Below, one piece after another: positions 11,132-20,592 of a stretch of DNA of 64,000 nucleotides (position 1 is the first letter of the stretch; each line of letters begins with the position of its first letter). The stretch is taken from positions 96,001 to 160,000 of the forward strand of contig JBBIML010000006.1 in assembly GCA_037444405.1 (NCBI GenBank), given 5' to 3'. The notes below the pieces were generated by a model that was not told the origin of the DNA, ran no database searches, and saw only the letters and a list, made by a program, of their open reading frames with translations. Position numbers and translations under genes: made by a program. The DNA is from Armatimonadota bacterium. GTDB taxonomy: Bacteria > Armatimonadota > Fimbriimonadia > Fimbriimonadales > GBS-DC.

Positions 11132-12949
11132 CTAATCTTTGCGGGTGAGCATCGTGTCGAAGTCGATTTTAATCTTGCGTCTGTCGGGTTCGTAGTAGAG
11201 CCGCACTTTGAGCGACAGCCCCTGCACGCCGCGGATGGCGACGCCCGTCACTTCGGGCGCCCAGCTGGCACGCGGGTGAAGCTCGGTCAGGTCGGCGTAC
11301 ACATAGCCTGTGCCATCAGGCACTTCCGAGATGCGCAGAACACCGTTCACACCCCGCCGGACCGTGCTGTCCTGACGATACCAGTATTCGCGCAGCAGAA
11401 TCGTCTTGCCCGCCTCGCTCCGATTGAAGTAGAGTTTGCTTACCGTGCGACCTGCGAAAGCCGCTTCGGCGTCGTACCAGCAGGCGTCGACAGGCATGCC
11501 ATTCAACACCGGGCTGATAAAGTAGCGGTGGGCGGCTTTCTGCACGGCGAGCGCCCAGTTCTCATGCGCCTTACACAGGATGCGCAGCTTGCGCCCGCGT
11601 AGGTAGGTGTTATTGAGCTGGATCACGCCCGCCGTGTAGTCCACCGCGAAGCTGCCCAGCGCCAGATCACCCCCTATCTGGCTGTTCTTCTGAATATAGG
11701 CGACCTGACCCGTCAGCATGTCAATCAGCACAATGTCGGGCTGTTGCTCGTCGGAGAAGCCCGGCAGATTCAGCCCTTTATACTGGCTCTGATCCTCTAA
11801 CAGGTCGCCGTACTGTTTGATGTCGGTGAAGGCGAGGCGGATGCGCCCTGTGCCGGGCACGGTGTGGTCCTCGCGCAGGATGAACCAGTCGTACACATTG
11901 TAGTCCACATTGGCGACCAGCGGGCGCTGCCCCGCCCAGTAGCGCTCGTAGAAGCCCGTGCCCGCCGGGTTGAACGCCAGCAGCCCCAGCAGCTGGTTCA
12001 CCACCTTATATTGATAGGGATAGTTGGGGTCCCAGGCATCGCCAGGGCGAAGCCGTTCAAACAGCCGCGCCGCCGAATCGGAATCGGGCACGACTCCCTG
12101 AAAGCCCATCTCATTGCGCACAGGCGGGTAGTCGCGTGGATCCAGACCCGGCACGGGCAGGGTCAAATCCACCCACACAGGGAAGGGGCGTTGCGGGTCA
12201 GTCGGGTTAAGAATAATCACCGTGGACACCTGCCGAATATCTTCGTGCCCCTCATGCAGCACGCGATAGGAGTAGTCGATTTTGTAGGCGATGGGGCGAT
12301 AGCGCAATGGGCGCAGCAGCACCTTGCCCTGCTCGTAGTCGATGCCGTACTCGAAAAGTCGCAGATTCCAGCGATATTCCGAGTTCGAATCCATCTCGAA
12401 TCGGCGCATGGGGTTGCCATACACCAGCAGGTAGCTGCTGGCGATGGGGTCCCACACATCGTCGCTGACATTGGGTGGCGGCACGGCGATGGGCGCAAAA
12501 GCGGTTTGATACAGAATCCCTTCGGTGAGGGTATAGCGCGAGCCAAGATAGGGCGCAGGCGCCCCCAGATTGACCCGCTCGCCGATAATGCGCCGAACGC
12601 GATTGACCCCGCTGGCGTATTCAGGCGGCACATCGGGCGGCAGGTTCGGCTGGACGCCCATATCGTCGGGCGAGGTGGTCGGGTCAATCACCATCACCGT
12701 CTGCCCGTTCACAACCTCATATTTGATGGGCGCAATCATATACGGCAGGTTATCCTGCCGCCCCTTGAGCCGTTCCAGCTCCTGTTGCGCCAGGCGCGTC
12801 GCCGCCTCGCTCTGTCCGGAGCGCTTCAGCGCCAGGAAGCCACTCGGATAGAGCCGAATGAACACCAGAATTGCGACCGCCAGTATCACGATCGCAACCA
12901 GCACCTCGACAAGCGAGGCGCCACCCTGCCATCGCTTCTTCCCTGCCAT
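11132..12949 (-). CDS. Prepilin-type protein (PilV/GspI-like, ~605 aa)
   Basis: MAGKKRWQGG|ASLVEVLVAIVILAVAIL pilin motif; alternative start 12982. Confidence 0.8.
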   Translation of the reverse strand: MAGKKRWQGGASLVEVLVAIVILAVAILVFIRLYPSGFLALKRSGQSEAATRLAQQELERLKGRQDNLPYMIAPIKYEVVNGQTVMVIDPTTSPDDMGVQPNLPPDVPPEYASGVNRVRRIIGERVNLGAPAPYLGSRYTLTEGILYQTAFAPIAVPPPNVSDDVWDPIASSYLLVYGNPMRRFEMDSNSEYRWNLRLFEYGIDYEQGKVLLRPLRYRPIAYKIDYSYRVLHEGHEDIRQVSTVIILNPTDPQRPFPVWVDLTLPVPGLDPRDYPPVRNEMGFQGVVPDSDSAARLFERLRPGDAWDPNYPYQYKVVNQLLGLLAFNPAGTGFYERYWAGQRPLVANVDYNVYDWFILREDHTVPGTGRIRLAFTDIKQYGDLLEDQSQYKGLNLPGFSDEQQPDIVLIDMLTGQVAYIQKNSQIGGDLALGSFAVDYTAGVIQLNNTYLRGRKLRILCKAHENWALAVQKAAHRYFISPVLNGMPVDACWYDAEAAFAGRTVSKLYFNRSEAGKTILLREYWYRQDSTVRRGVNGVLRISEVPDGTGYVYADLTELHPRASWAPEVTGVAIRGVQGLSLKVRLYYEPDRRKIKIDFDTMLTRKD

Positions 12950-12997
12950 CGTCGGTTCTCGCTTACCCCATCCGAACCGCATCAGCGTGCCAGCCGC

Positions 12998-13792
12998 CTA
13001 CGGACGCGCATGATAGGGATATTGAGCCATCTCCACCGAATCCATCGGCTTAACGGCTCCGCTCAGGAACAGCACCAGGTCGTTCCTGGCACGCTCAGGT
13101 TGATTACCTCTATATGATCGATGATAACTGCACCATGTAACCACCGTTGTCGGATCAGGATTGCGATAACCGAGCTGGCGAGGGTTATCCGTTCGCTTGG
13201 GACCTATGCTACCGTCAAAATAGCCATCGCTATAGTTGGTGCCGTGTCGCTGATTCTCTATAGCATTCAGCGCGCTATTTGCCCAGAAAAGCGTGTAGCG
13301 CAGTTCGTAAGTGCCGTCGCGGCGCCTGCCAATATCATAACTGTCAAATCGATAAAAGCAGACCTGGATTAAATTCTGGGCTGACGGATCCAGCACAACG
13401 GGTTGCCCTGCCCAGGCGTGCCCTGCAGGATAAACAGCGGATGTGATCAGACGCTTATCGTCGGTGGGATTATTCGGGCAAAGGAAGATGTCATCATTTT
13501 TGAGGTAAGAGCGCAGCGGGCTTGGCGCGCGGTCAAACGGCACAGCTGTGTTCTGATTGCATGTGTAGTTACCCGTGTTGTCCACTGCATACGCGCCCAG
13601 CACGGGGGGATAGGCGTTGTAGTCCAGTTTATAGCTCTGGAGGGCGGTGTAAATCTGGCTGAGATTCGAGGTGCAGCGCGAGCGGCGGGCGTTCTCGCGC
13701 GCCGTGCCCGCCACCGGAAAGATAATCGCCGCCAGGATCGCGATAATCGCGATCACCGTTAACAGCTCCACCAGCGTAAAGCCCTTCTTCAT
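12998..13792 (-). CDS. Type II secretion/type IV pilin-like protein (DUF1559-like prepilin)
   Basis: MKKG|FTLVELLTVIAIIAILAAIIFPV...ARENARRSRCTSNLSQI; 'IFLCP' motif. Confidence 0.85.
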   Translation of the reverse strand: MKKGFTLVELLTVIAIIAILAAIIFPVAGTARENARRSRCTSNLSQIYTALQSYKLDYNAYPPVLGAYAVDNTGNYTCNQNTAVPFDRAPSPLRSYLKNDDIFLCPNNPTDDKRLITSAVYPAGHAWAGQPVVLDPSAQNLIQVCFYRFDSYDIGRRRDGTYELRYTLFWANSALNAIENQRHGTNYSDGYFDGSIGPKRTDNPRQLGYRNPDPTTVVTWCSYHRSYRGNQPERARNDLVLFLSGAVKPMDSVEMAQYPYHARP

Positions 13793-13939
13793 CGTCCTAT
13801 ACCTCGCCGCTCGAATATTGGACAGGGGTCAACCCCTTCAGGGTTCCCCGCTGCCTTCTATTATGACATATCGACGCCCTTTCCTGCCCTTTAGACCAGC
13901 AATCTGTTGAGCGGGTTCCCGACAGGTATCCTTCCCTCT

Positions 13940-15028
13940 GTGGAGCGGGAGCAGTTGAGTGCGTGGATTAAAGCGTATGCGCAGGCGCTGGGCTTTGAGC
14001 TGGTGGGGATTGCGCCTGCGGTTCGCCCGCCACATGCCGATTCGCTGCTCTGGTGGCTCCAGCAGGGCTACGCGGGCGAGATGCACTATATGGAGCGCAC
14101 CGCCGAACAGCGCACCGACCCGCAATCGCTTCTGTCAGGCGCGCGCAGCGCGGTGGTGGTCGGTCTCAACTACGCGCCTGCTGCGCTGCCCGATACCGAT
14201 TATCGAATCGCCCGCTACGCGCTCGGCGACGACTATCACGCGATTATCCGTTCCAGGCTGGAGACCCTGCTCGGCGCGATTCGCGCCCTACTGCCCGATT
14301 GCCAGGGGCGCGTGTGCGTCGATTCGGCGCCCGTGCTGGAGCGCGATCTGGCGTGGCTGGCGGGGCTGGGCTGGTACGGCAAGAACACCTGCCTGATCAA
14401 CACCCATCGCGGCTCCTATTTCTTTATTGGCGTGCTGCTGCTCACGATCGAGCTGGAGTATGACCATCCCGCGTTTGGCGGCTGCGGGCGCTGTCACAAA
14501 TGTATCGATGCCTGCCCGACAGGGGCGATTCGCGAGCCGTATGTGCTGGACGCCCGCCAGTGCATCAGCTACCTCACGATTGAACAGAAGGGCGCCATTC
14601 CGGAGGCGTTGCGCGAGCCGATGGGCGCGTGGCTCTTCGGCTGCGATATTTGTCAGGAGGTGTGCCCCTTTAATCAGCCGCGAGCGCATCAGCCGTTGCG
14701 GGCGGCGCCGACCGCCGAGCCGCGCCTCCAGCCCCGCCCGCTGCCCAGCCTGGAGGAGATTTTAACGATGGACGAGGCGGAGTTCCAGCAGCGCTTTCAG
14801 GGCAGCCCGATTCGGCGGGCGAAGTGGCGCGGGCTGATTCGCAACGCGCTCGTTGTGGCGGGCAACAGCGGCGACCCGCGCTACCTGCCACTGGTGGAAC
14901 GCTTCCTGCAACATCCCGACCCTCTCCTGCGCGAGCATGCAGGATGGGCATATCAGCGACTGACCGTTAGTTCCATCAGCGAGCCTCTAACAGAGGCAGG
15001 AACCGAAGTGTCCCTCGCGAATCGCTGA
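13940..15028 (+). CDS. queG: Epoxyqueuosine reductase QueG
   Basis: IARYALGDDYH, VDSAPVLER, GWYGKNT, CGRCHKCIDACPT, CISYLTIE, FGCDICQEVCPFN. Start GTG 13940 preferred over TTG 13907. Confidence 0.95.
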   Translation: MEREQLSAWIKAYAQALGFELVGIAPAVRPPHADSLLWWLQQGYAGEMHYMERTAEQRTDPQSLLSGARSAVVVGLNYAPAALPDTDYRIARYALGDDYHAIIRSRLETLLGAIRALLPDCQGRVCVDSAPVLERDLAWLAGLGWYGKNTCLINTHRGSYFFIGVLLLTIELEYDHPAFGGCGRCHKCIDACPTGAIREPYVLDARQCISYLTIEQKGAIPEALREPMGAWLFGCDICQEVCPFNQPRAHQPLRAAPTAEPRLQPRPLPSLEEILTMDEAEFQQRFQGSPIRRAKWRGLIRNALVVAGNSGDPRYLPLVERFLQHPDPLLREHAGWAYQRLTVSSISEPLTEAGTEVSLANR

Positions 15029-15034
15029 GCGTCG

Positions 15035-16264
15035 ATGCCGAAACAACCTGTTCTGCAGGCGGGCGCGGCGAAGGTCGACATCACGCCCGACATCCGCCAG
15101 ATACGGGTCCAGCTGGGCGGCTACGGCGCACGGCTGAACATGCCGCCCACAGGCGTGCATGACCCCATCTACGCGCGCGTGCTGGCGCTGCGCTATGGCG
15201 ACCAGCAGGCGGCAATCGTCGCGCTGGATCACCTGCTGGTGCCGGGCAGCCTCACGCGCGAGGTGCTGAACGCCACCCGCCTGAAGCCCGACCAGCTCTT
15301 TATGGCTGCCAGCCACACGCACTGCGCGCCCGACGCGATGGGCATGAACGAGCGGATGCGGTTCCCCATTCCGGGCGTGGCGACTTTCGTGCCAGAGTTT
15401 TTGCGTTTCACGGCGGCGCGGGTGAGCGAAGCCGTTCAACAGGCGTTCGCCCGCTTGCAACCTGCTCGGCTCGCCCTGCACGCTGAGCCGATTCCGAACC
15501 TGAACCGCAATCGGCGCGGGCGCGGCATCACCGACCCGACGATGACCGTCGTGCGCGTCAGCACGCCCACGCGCAAGCCGATTGCCCTGCTGGTCATCTA
15601 CGCCGCGCACCCCACCATCTACCCCCACACGATGATGGAGGTGTCGGCGGAGTTTCCCGGCGTGCTGCAGAACGGGCTGGAACAGACCATCGGCGACGGC
15701 ACGATTGCGCTCTACCTGAACGGGGCACAGGGTGATGTGTCGCCTGTCGCTGACGAGGGCAGCACCGATCACGAGCGCGTGCAACGCTACGGCAATCGGC
15801 TCAAAACGCACGCGCTGCGCCTGCTGGAGCGGGCGACGCCTGTGAAGCCGCGCCTGAAAACCCTTCAGGTGAGGGTGTCGCTGCCGCCGGCACGCCCGCA
15901 TCCAGAGTTCCAGCAATCGGCAGGGCGCGAATACAAAGTACCCGAAAGCCTGCTGAACGAGCTGGTGCGCCAGATTGTGCCCGCGCAGGCGCCCGTCTCG
16001 CTGATGCTGCTGGGCGAGCTGCTGATGGTCGGCTTTCCGGGCGAACCCATCACCGCGCTGGGGCTGGAGGCGCGGCGCATCGGGCAGGCGCATGGCTTCC
16101 GCACCGTCGCACCCGTCGCGCTGGTCAACGACTGGATTGGCTACATTCTCACCCGCGACGAGTACGAAAAGGGCGGCTACGAGGCGACCGTCTCTTTTAA
16201 TGGCGCGGAGCTGGGCAACGTCATCATGCAGGGCGTGCAGGAGGCGATTGCCGCCCTTCGATAA
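15035..16264 (+). CDS. Neutral/alkaline ceramidase-family hydrolase
   Basis: AGAAKVDITP, HDPIYAR, ASHTHCAP, YAAHPT, NGAQGDVSP, FPGEP motifs. Confidence 0.8.
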   Translation: MPKQPVLQAGAAKVDITPDIRQIRVQLGGYGARLNMPPTGVHDPIYARVLALRYGDQQAAIVALDHLLVPGSLTREVLNATRLKPDQLFMAASHTHCAPDAMGMNERMRFPIPGVATFVPEFLRFTAARVSEAVQQAFARLQPARLALHAEPIPNLNRNRRGRGITDPTMTVVRVSTPTRKPIALLVIYAAHPTIYPHTMMEVSAEFPGVLQNGLEQTIGDGTIALYLNGAQGDVSPVADEGSTDHERVQRYGNRLKTHALRLLERATPVKPRLKTLQVRVSLPPARPHPEFQQSAGREYKVPESLLNELVRQIVPAQAPVSLMLLGELLMVGFPGEPITALGLEARRIGQAHGFRTVAPVALVNDWIGYILTRDEYEKGGYEATVSFNGAELGNVIMQGVQEAIAALR

Positions 16265-16294
16265 ACAGCTGTCCCTTTGCGGTATAATCAAGTT

Positions 16295-17275
16295 GTGCCA
16301 CCCATTCGCTCTGTTGAAGAACTGATTGCGCTGATTCGTCAACATCCAGAGTGGCGGGAGGCTCTTTTGAGCGCGCTCCTGCCACAGGACCTGCTAACGC
16401 TGCCACAGGAGTTTCGTGAGTTTCGTGCCGAGCTTCGGGAAGCACTGGCTGCCCACGAGCTGCGCATAGCTGCTATCGAAGAGCGGATTGCTGCCGTTGA
16501 AGAGCGCATCGTCTCCATCGAGGAACAGATTGCCCGACAGCGCGAAGAGTTCCAGCGACAAATAGGCGAACTGCATCGGCAAATAGATGAGCTGCGCCTG
16601 GAGATACAGCAGATGCGCAAGGAGTTCCAGCAACAGATTGACGAGCTGCGTCTGGAAATGCAGCAGATGCGCAAGGAGCTGCAACAGCAGATTGACGAGC
16701 TGCGTCTGGAAATGCAACAAATGCGCAAGGAGTTCGAACAGCGATTTGAAGAGATACAGATGCAGCTGGCTCAACAGCGTGCCGAATATCTGGAGCGATT
16801 TGAGCGCGTGGAGAGCGAAATCAAAGCCATCAAGGACGATATGGGCAGGCTCAAGGGCGATGTGCTGGAGATGAAGTGGGGTCAGCGCGCCAGGTCCTAC
16901 TTCGGGCGAATCCTGCGCAAGGTACAGGTCTATATTCCCGGCGAAATTTGTGATGAGATAGAAGATCGGACGCCGATTCCAGAGCCGCAGCGCACTCAGT
17001 TGCTGGAGCTGGACTATGTGGTTCGTGGGCTGCGGCGCACCGACGGGCGCGAAATCTATCTGGCAGTGGAGGTGTCGTGGGGCATTGGAGTAACGGATGT
17101 GATACGGGCACGCGATAGGGCGCAGATTTTGCGCGATTATGGCTACGCTGCCTATCCTGTGGCGGTCGGCGTGGAGGCGACGCCCGAAGCCCGCGCGCTG
17201 GCAACAGCAGAAGGCGTCGTGTTGATGTTCGATTCCACCATTCAGGGCGCGGAACAGCTGCAGGTCGAGCACTGA
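16295..17275 (+). CDS. Coiled-coil repeat protein with C-terminal PD-(D/E)XK-like domain (DUF3782/DUF1626-like)
   Basis: Heptad coiled coil followed by LDYVVRG...YLAVEVS...DVIRARDRA. GTG 16295 preferred as start. Confidence 0.65.
   Translation: MPPIRSVEELIALIRQHPEWREALLSALLPQDLLTLPQEFREFRAELREALAAHELRIAAIEERIAAVEERIVSIEEQIARQREEFQRQIGELHRQIDELRLEIQQMRKEFQQQIDELRLEMQQMRKELQQQIDELRLEMQQMRKEFEQRFEEIQMQLAQQRAEYLERFERVESEIKAIKDDMGRLKGDVLEMKWGQRARSYFGRILRKVQVYIPGEICDEIEDRTPIPEPQRTQLLELDYVVRGLRRTDGREIYLAVEVSWGIGVTDVIRARDRAQILRDYGYAAYPVAVGVEATPEARALATAEGVVLMFDSTIQGAEQLQVEH
16560..16740 (+). repeat. In-frame 54-bp tandem repeat (~3 copies, QQQIDELRLEMQQMRKEF/L)
   Basis: cagattgacgagctgcgtctggaaatgca recurs at 16634 and 16688, with a diverged copy near 16580. 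Confidence 0.85.
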
Positions 17276-17288
17276 TCGATTACAGGAC

Positions 17289-17316
17289 TTGACAATCGCT
17301 GCCGATATGGTATAAT
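17289..17316 (+). promoter_or_regulatory. Consensus sigma70 promoter of tRNA-Ser
   Basis: TTGACA (17289-17294), 16-bp spacer ending in TGG, TATAAT (17311-17316). Confidence 0.9.
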
Positions 17317-17330
17317 AGCCCATGCAAGGC

Positions 17331-17426
17331 GGAGGGTTGCCTGAGTGGTCGAAAGGGGCCGCCTGCTAAGCGGTTGTAGGGGGGTTATGCCCTCTACCCC
17401 GGGTTCGAATCCCGGACCCTCCGCCA
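17331..17426 (+). tRNA. tRNA-Ser(GCT)
   Basis: Acceptor stem GGAGGGT/ACCCTCC, discriminator G, encoded CCA; anticodon arm gccgc-ctGCTaa-gcggt; long variable arm; GGTTCGAATCC T-loop. Confidence 0.97.
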
Positions 17427-17453
17427 TCTATCTTTACCAGAGGCTCAGGGGAG

Positions 17454-18842
17454 ATGACTCGCTCGGCACGGTTCGCCTGGTGGTGGCTGATCCTGCTCTT
17501 TTGCTTCTTCATTCTGCTTAACAGCCTGATCTTCCTCTATCTATTCACCCGTTCGAGCCGTGTCGCCCCCATCGATAAAGCAGCTCTGTTCGAAATTGGT
17601 CTGGAGGTGCGTCAGGCAGTTGCGTTCACAGCGTCGCCCCTGCTTGTTAGCGAGTTCAAATCGAGCGCTGAATCGGCTGCCCGCACGCTTCAGGACTATT
17701 ATGGCACCGATGCCGAGTGGGAGGCGCGGCTCTATGTGGCGCTGCTGGAGCGGTCCGCGGGTTTCGGAGACCCGGCACGCACCTTGCAGCCGCTGGCAGA
17801 TTCGCCCTCGATACGGCTCACCGCGCCTGAGCGTCGTTGGTACGCCGCGCTCTGGCAGGACGCCCTGCTAAGCGAGCTGAGCGCGGATCGGGTGGCACGG
17901 CTGCGCGACGCACTTGAACCCAGCGCGCCCCCGCTCGCCCTTCAGCTCGCCGAGAGCGTGATGTGGAAACGGGTCGGCGATAACCAGAAAGCGCAGGCAG
18001 TTCTGCACACGGCGGGCTGGCAGAGCGTCGCGCGGGTCGGGCTGATGGGCGTCCTCTTTTGCTGCGGTGGGCTGCTGGGTATTGCGGGCGTTGGGCTGTT
18101 CATCTGGTATCTCGTGCAGCGGTTTCCGCTGCCCGCCCGACCGTTTCCAGAAGCTCCACCCGACGCGCTGGACCCCGCCCTGCACGCACTCGCCGCGTTT
18201 TTTATCTTCTCGTTCGCCTGCGATGCGTTCTTCAGCGACATTCTCTCGCTCACACCCGAATGGCGACGCTACTATTCCGAGCAGGCAGCATCGGCGCTGC
18301 TCTACTCCCTGGCAGCGCTGTTATCGGTCGGTTTTCTGGTGCTACCCGATGAGCGCGCGCCATCTCATTGGTTGTCTCTGCGCTGGCGATGGCGAACGGA
18401 TGCGGGCGCCACGCTGGCAGGCTTGAGCATCTATTTGCCGCTGGCGGCGCTGGCTGCGCTGCTGGTGAGCCTTATCCTGCCCGACCAGCAGACTAACCCA
18501 ATGGCGGACCAGCTTGTCAGCGCGCCCGATCCGCTTGCTTTCTGGACGCTGGTGTTCCATGCGGTTCTCTTTGGACCGTTTATTGAGGAGGTGCTGTTTC
18601 GCGGGGTTCTGTTTCAGGCGTTGTGGCAGCACACGGGTCGTGTCTGGCTCAGCGCGCTGGTGAGCGGCTTTCTGTTCGCGATTGTGCATCCTCAGTTTTT
18701 GAGCGGGCTGCTTCACCTGGCGCTGCTGGGGACAGTTCTGGCGATAGTGTACGCGCACACGCGCTCGCTGCTGCCCTGCATTATCCTTCACGCGCTCAAT
18801 AACAGTGCCGTGGTGCTGATGGCGTGGATGCTGACGAGTTGA
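17454..18842 (+). CDS. CPBP (Abi/CAAX) family intramembrane metalloprotease
   Basis: EEVLFRG, FAIVH and ILHALNN motifs; many transmembrane segments. Confidence 0.9.
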   Translation: MTRSARFAWWWLILLFCFFILLNSLIFLYLFTRSSRVAPIDKAALFEIGLEVRQAVAFTASPLLVSEFKSSAESAARTLQDYYGTDAEWEARLYVALLERSAGFGDPARTLQPLADSPSIRLTAPERRWYAALWQDALLSELSADRVARLRDALEPSAPPLALQLAESVMWKRVGDNQKAQAVLHTAGWQSVARVGLMGVLFCCGGLLGIAGVGLFIWYLVQRFPLPARPFPEAPPDALDPALHALAAFFIFSFACDAFFSDILSLTPEWRRYYSEQAASALLYSLAALLSVGFLVLPDERAPSHWLSLRWRWRTDAGATLAGLSIYLPLAALAALLVSLILPDQQTNPMADQLVSAPDPLAFWTLVFHAVLFGPFIEEVLFRGVLFQALWQHTGRVWLSALVSGFLFAIVHPQFLSGLLHLALLGTVLAIVYAHTRSLLPCIILHALNNSAVVLMAWMLTS

Positions 18843-18881
18843 GAGGTACAATTCCACATCTTTGTTCGCCAAGGAGGCAGG

Positions 18882-20573
18882 ATGATGAGCGTTGCCAGCA
18901 TGCAGCAGGTGGAGCAGACTCCGCTCTGGTCAGTTGACGAGGGCAATCGGCGATTTAGTCGGCTTGACTGGCTGCTGATTCTGTTTCTGGTTCTCATCAC
19001 GGTTGGCTATGTGGCGCGTGGGGCACGGCTCTCGGCGCCGCCTGCCGAAGACGCCGCGATGCTGATGCGCTACGCGACTCATCTGGCGCAGGGGCATGGG
19101 ATCGTGTGGAACATTGGCGAGAAGCCCGTCGACGGCGCGACCGACTTCCTGTTCATGGTGATGGTGGCAGGTCTTATTGGGATGGGTCTCTCAGCGGAGG
19201 TTGCCGTGCGGTTGCTGGTGTTTCTGGCGCATGTGCTGAATGTGGTGCTGGTCTATTACGCTCTGCGGTCGCTGTTTGGCGCGACATGGTGGCTGGCGGT
19301 GGTACCCGCGTTTTTCCTGGCGGTCGCGACGGGACCCATCTACATCACCACCTGCTTCGGCGCACCCGTGTTCGCACTGTTCGCCTCGCTGAGCTGGTTT
19401 TTCGCTTTGCGGGCTATCCTGTGGGGCAGTTCACCTGCGAACGCGCTCGGTTTCGGTCTCTTCTCGCTGATTACAGGGCTTGTCCGCCCTGAAGGCGTCA
19501 TTCTGACCCTGCTGATGGTGGTGGCGGCTCTCATTCTCAGGGGATGGCGAGGGGCGGTCGCGCTGGTGTTGGCGTGGGTTATCTTCGTGGTCGGGCTGGG
19601 CGCCATCTATTTCCTGTGGCGCTGGCACTACTTCGGCTATCCGCTACCGAATCCCTTCTACAAGAAGGGTGGGGGCACACTCCACCTTGACGGGCTTCGC
19701 GATTCCTACACCATGCTGCGTGCCTTCAGCCTGCCGTTTCTGCTACTCTATCTTGGCGGCTTGCTTTTCAGGGAGACGCGCCGCCTGCTGATCGGGCTGT
19801 TGATCCCGCCTGTCGGCTTCGCAACGGCTTTTATTCTGATTTCGAGCGAGATGAATCTGGCAGGTCGGTTCCAGTACCCTGCGCTGCCGCTCATTCTGAT
19901 GGGGGTCTATCCTGCTGCGCAGGTTCTCTGGCGCCAGCTGCAGCCGGAGCCACGCCGCGAGCCGCTGCGCCCTGCGCATCTTTACATGCTGTTCGCCGTG
20001 CTGCTGCTCCTGCTGACCTACTGTCGACAGGCGTTTTATCGCTCCAGTTTCTATCCCGACGGTCGGGCGGAGGTCGCGAAAAGCCTGGCGCAGTATCGCT
20101 CTAAAGGCTACTGGATGGCAGTGACCGAGGCGGGTTTGCTGCCCTTCTATTCGGGCTGGAACGCCATCGACACCTGGGGCTTGAATGACCAGTGGATCGC
20201 CCATCACGGCGCCATTACAGAAGAGTATCTGGAGCGGTATCGCCCGCATCTGATCGTGTTTCACGCCTACTTCTCGCCTGTTGTGCCGCCAGATCCGACG
20301 GCGAGGCGGTCACGACGAGCAATTCAGTGGGATCAGATGGTTGCCACTCTGCAGCGCTATGCCGAGCGGCGCGGTTATATTCTGGCAGCAGTGTACGGAG
20401 ATACGCCTCGCGATACCCACTACTACTATGTGCGCTCTGACTTCCCTGACGCCGCTGCTATTGTGGAGCAAATTCGAAACACACGCTACATCTGGTACGA
20501 GACGGGCACTGTCAGCGTGAACTATGCCCTGCTGGAGCCGACGCCCGGCGCACTTCGCGCAAAAAGCAAATGA
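18882..20573 (+). CDS. GT-C-fold membrane glycosyltransferase-like protein
   Basis: EDAAMLMRYATHLAQGHGIVWNIGEKPVDGAT, VRPEG, FGYPLPNPFYKK, IDTWGLND; polytopic; AGGAGG RBS. Confidence 0.7.
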   Translation: MMSVASMQQVEQTPLWSVDEGNRRFSRLDWLLILFLVLITVGYVARGARLSAPPAEDAAMLMRYATHLAQGHGIVWNIGEKPVDGATDFLFMVMVAGLIGMGLSAEVAVRLLVFLAHVLNVVLVYYALRSLFGATWWLAVVPAFFLAVATGPIYITTCFGAPVFALFASLSWFFALRAILWGSSPANALGFGLFSLITGLVRPEGVILTLLMVVAALILRGWRGAVALVLAWVIFVVGLGAIYFLWRWHYFGYPLPNPFYKKGGGTLHLDGLRDSYTMLRAFSLPFLLLYLGGLLFRETRRLLIGLLIPPVGFATAFILISSEMNLAGRFQYPALPLILMGVYPAAQVLWRQLQPEPRREPLRPAHLYMLFAVLLLLLTYCRQAFYRSSFYPDGRAEVAKSLAQYRSKGYWMAVTEAGLLPFYSGWNAIDTWGLNDQWIAHHGAITEEYLERYRPHLIVFHAYFSPVVPPDPTARRSRRAIQWDQMVATLQRYAERRGYILAAVYGDTPRDTHYYYVRSDFPDAAAIVEQIRNTRYIWYETGTVSVNYALLEPTPGALRAKSK

Positions 20574-20592
20574 GCGGCAGGGTATACTTTTC

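Noticed and set aside
854..13117. Long plus-strand ORFs (854-3304, 4070-5413, 5885-7594, 8988-11135, 11864-13117)
   Set aside because: Antisense shadows of the minus-strand operon in GC-rich DNA; no recognisable motifs.
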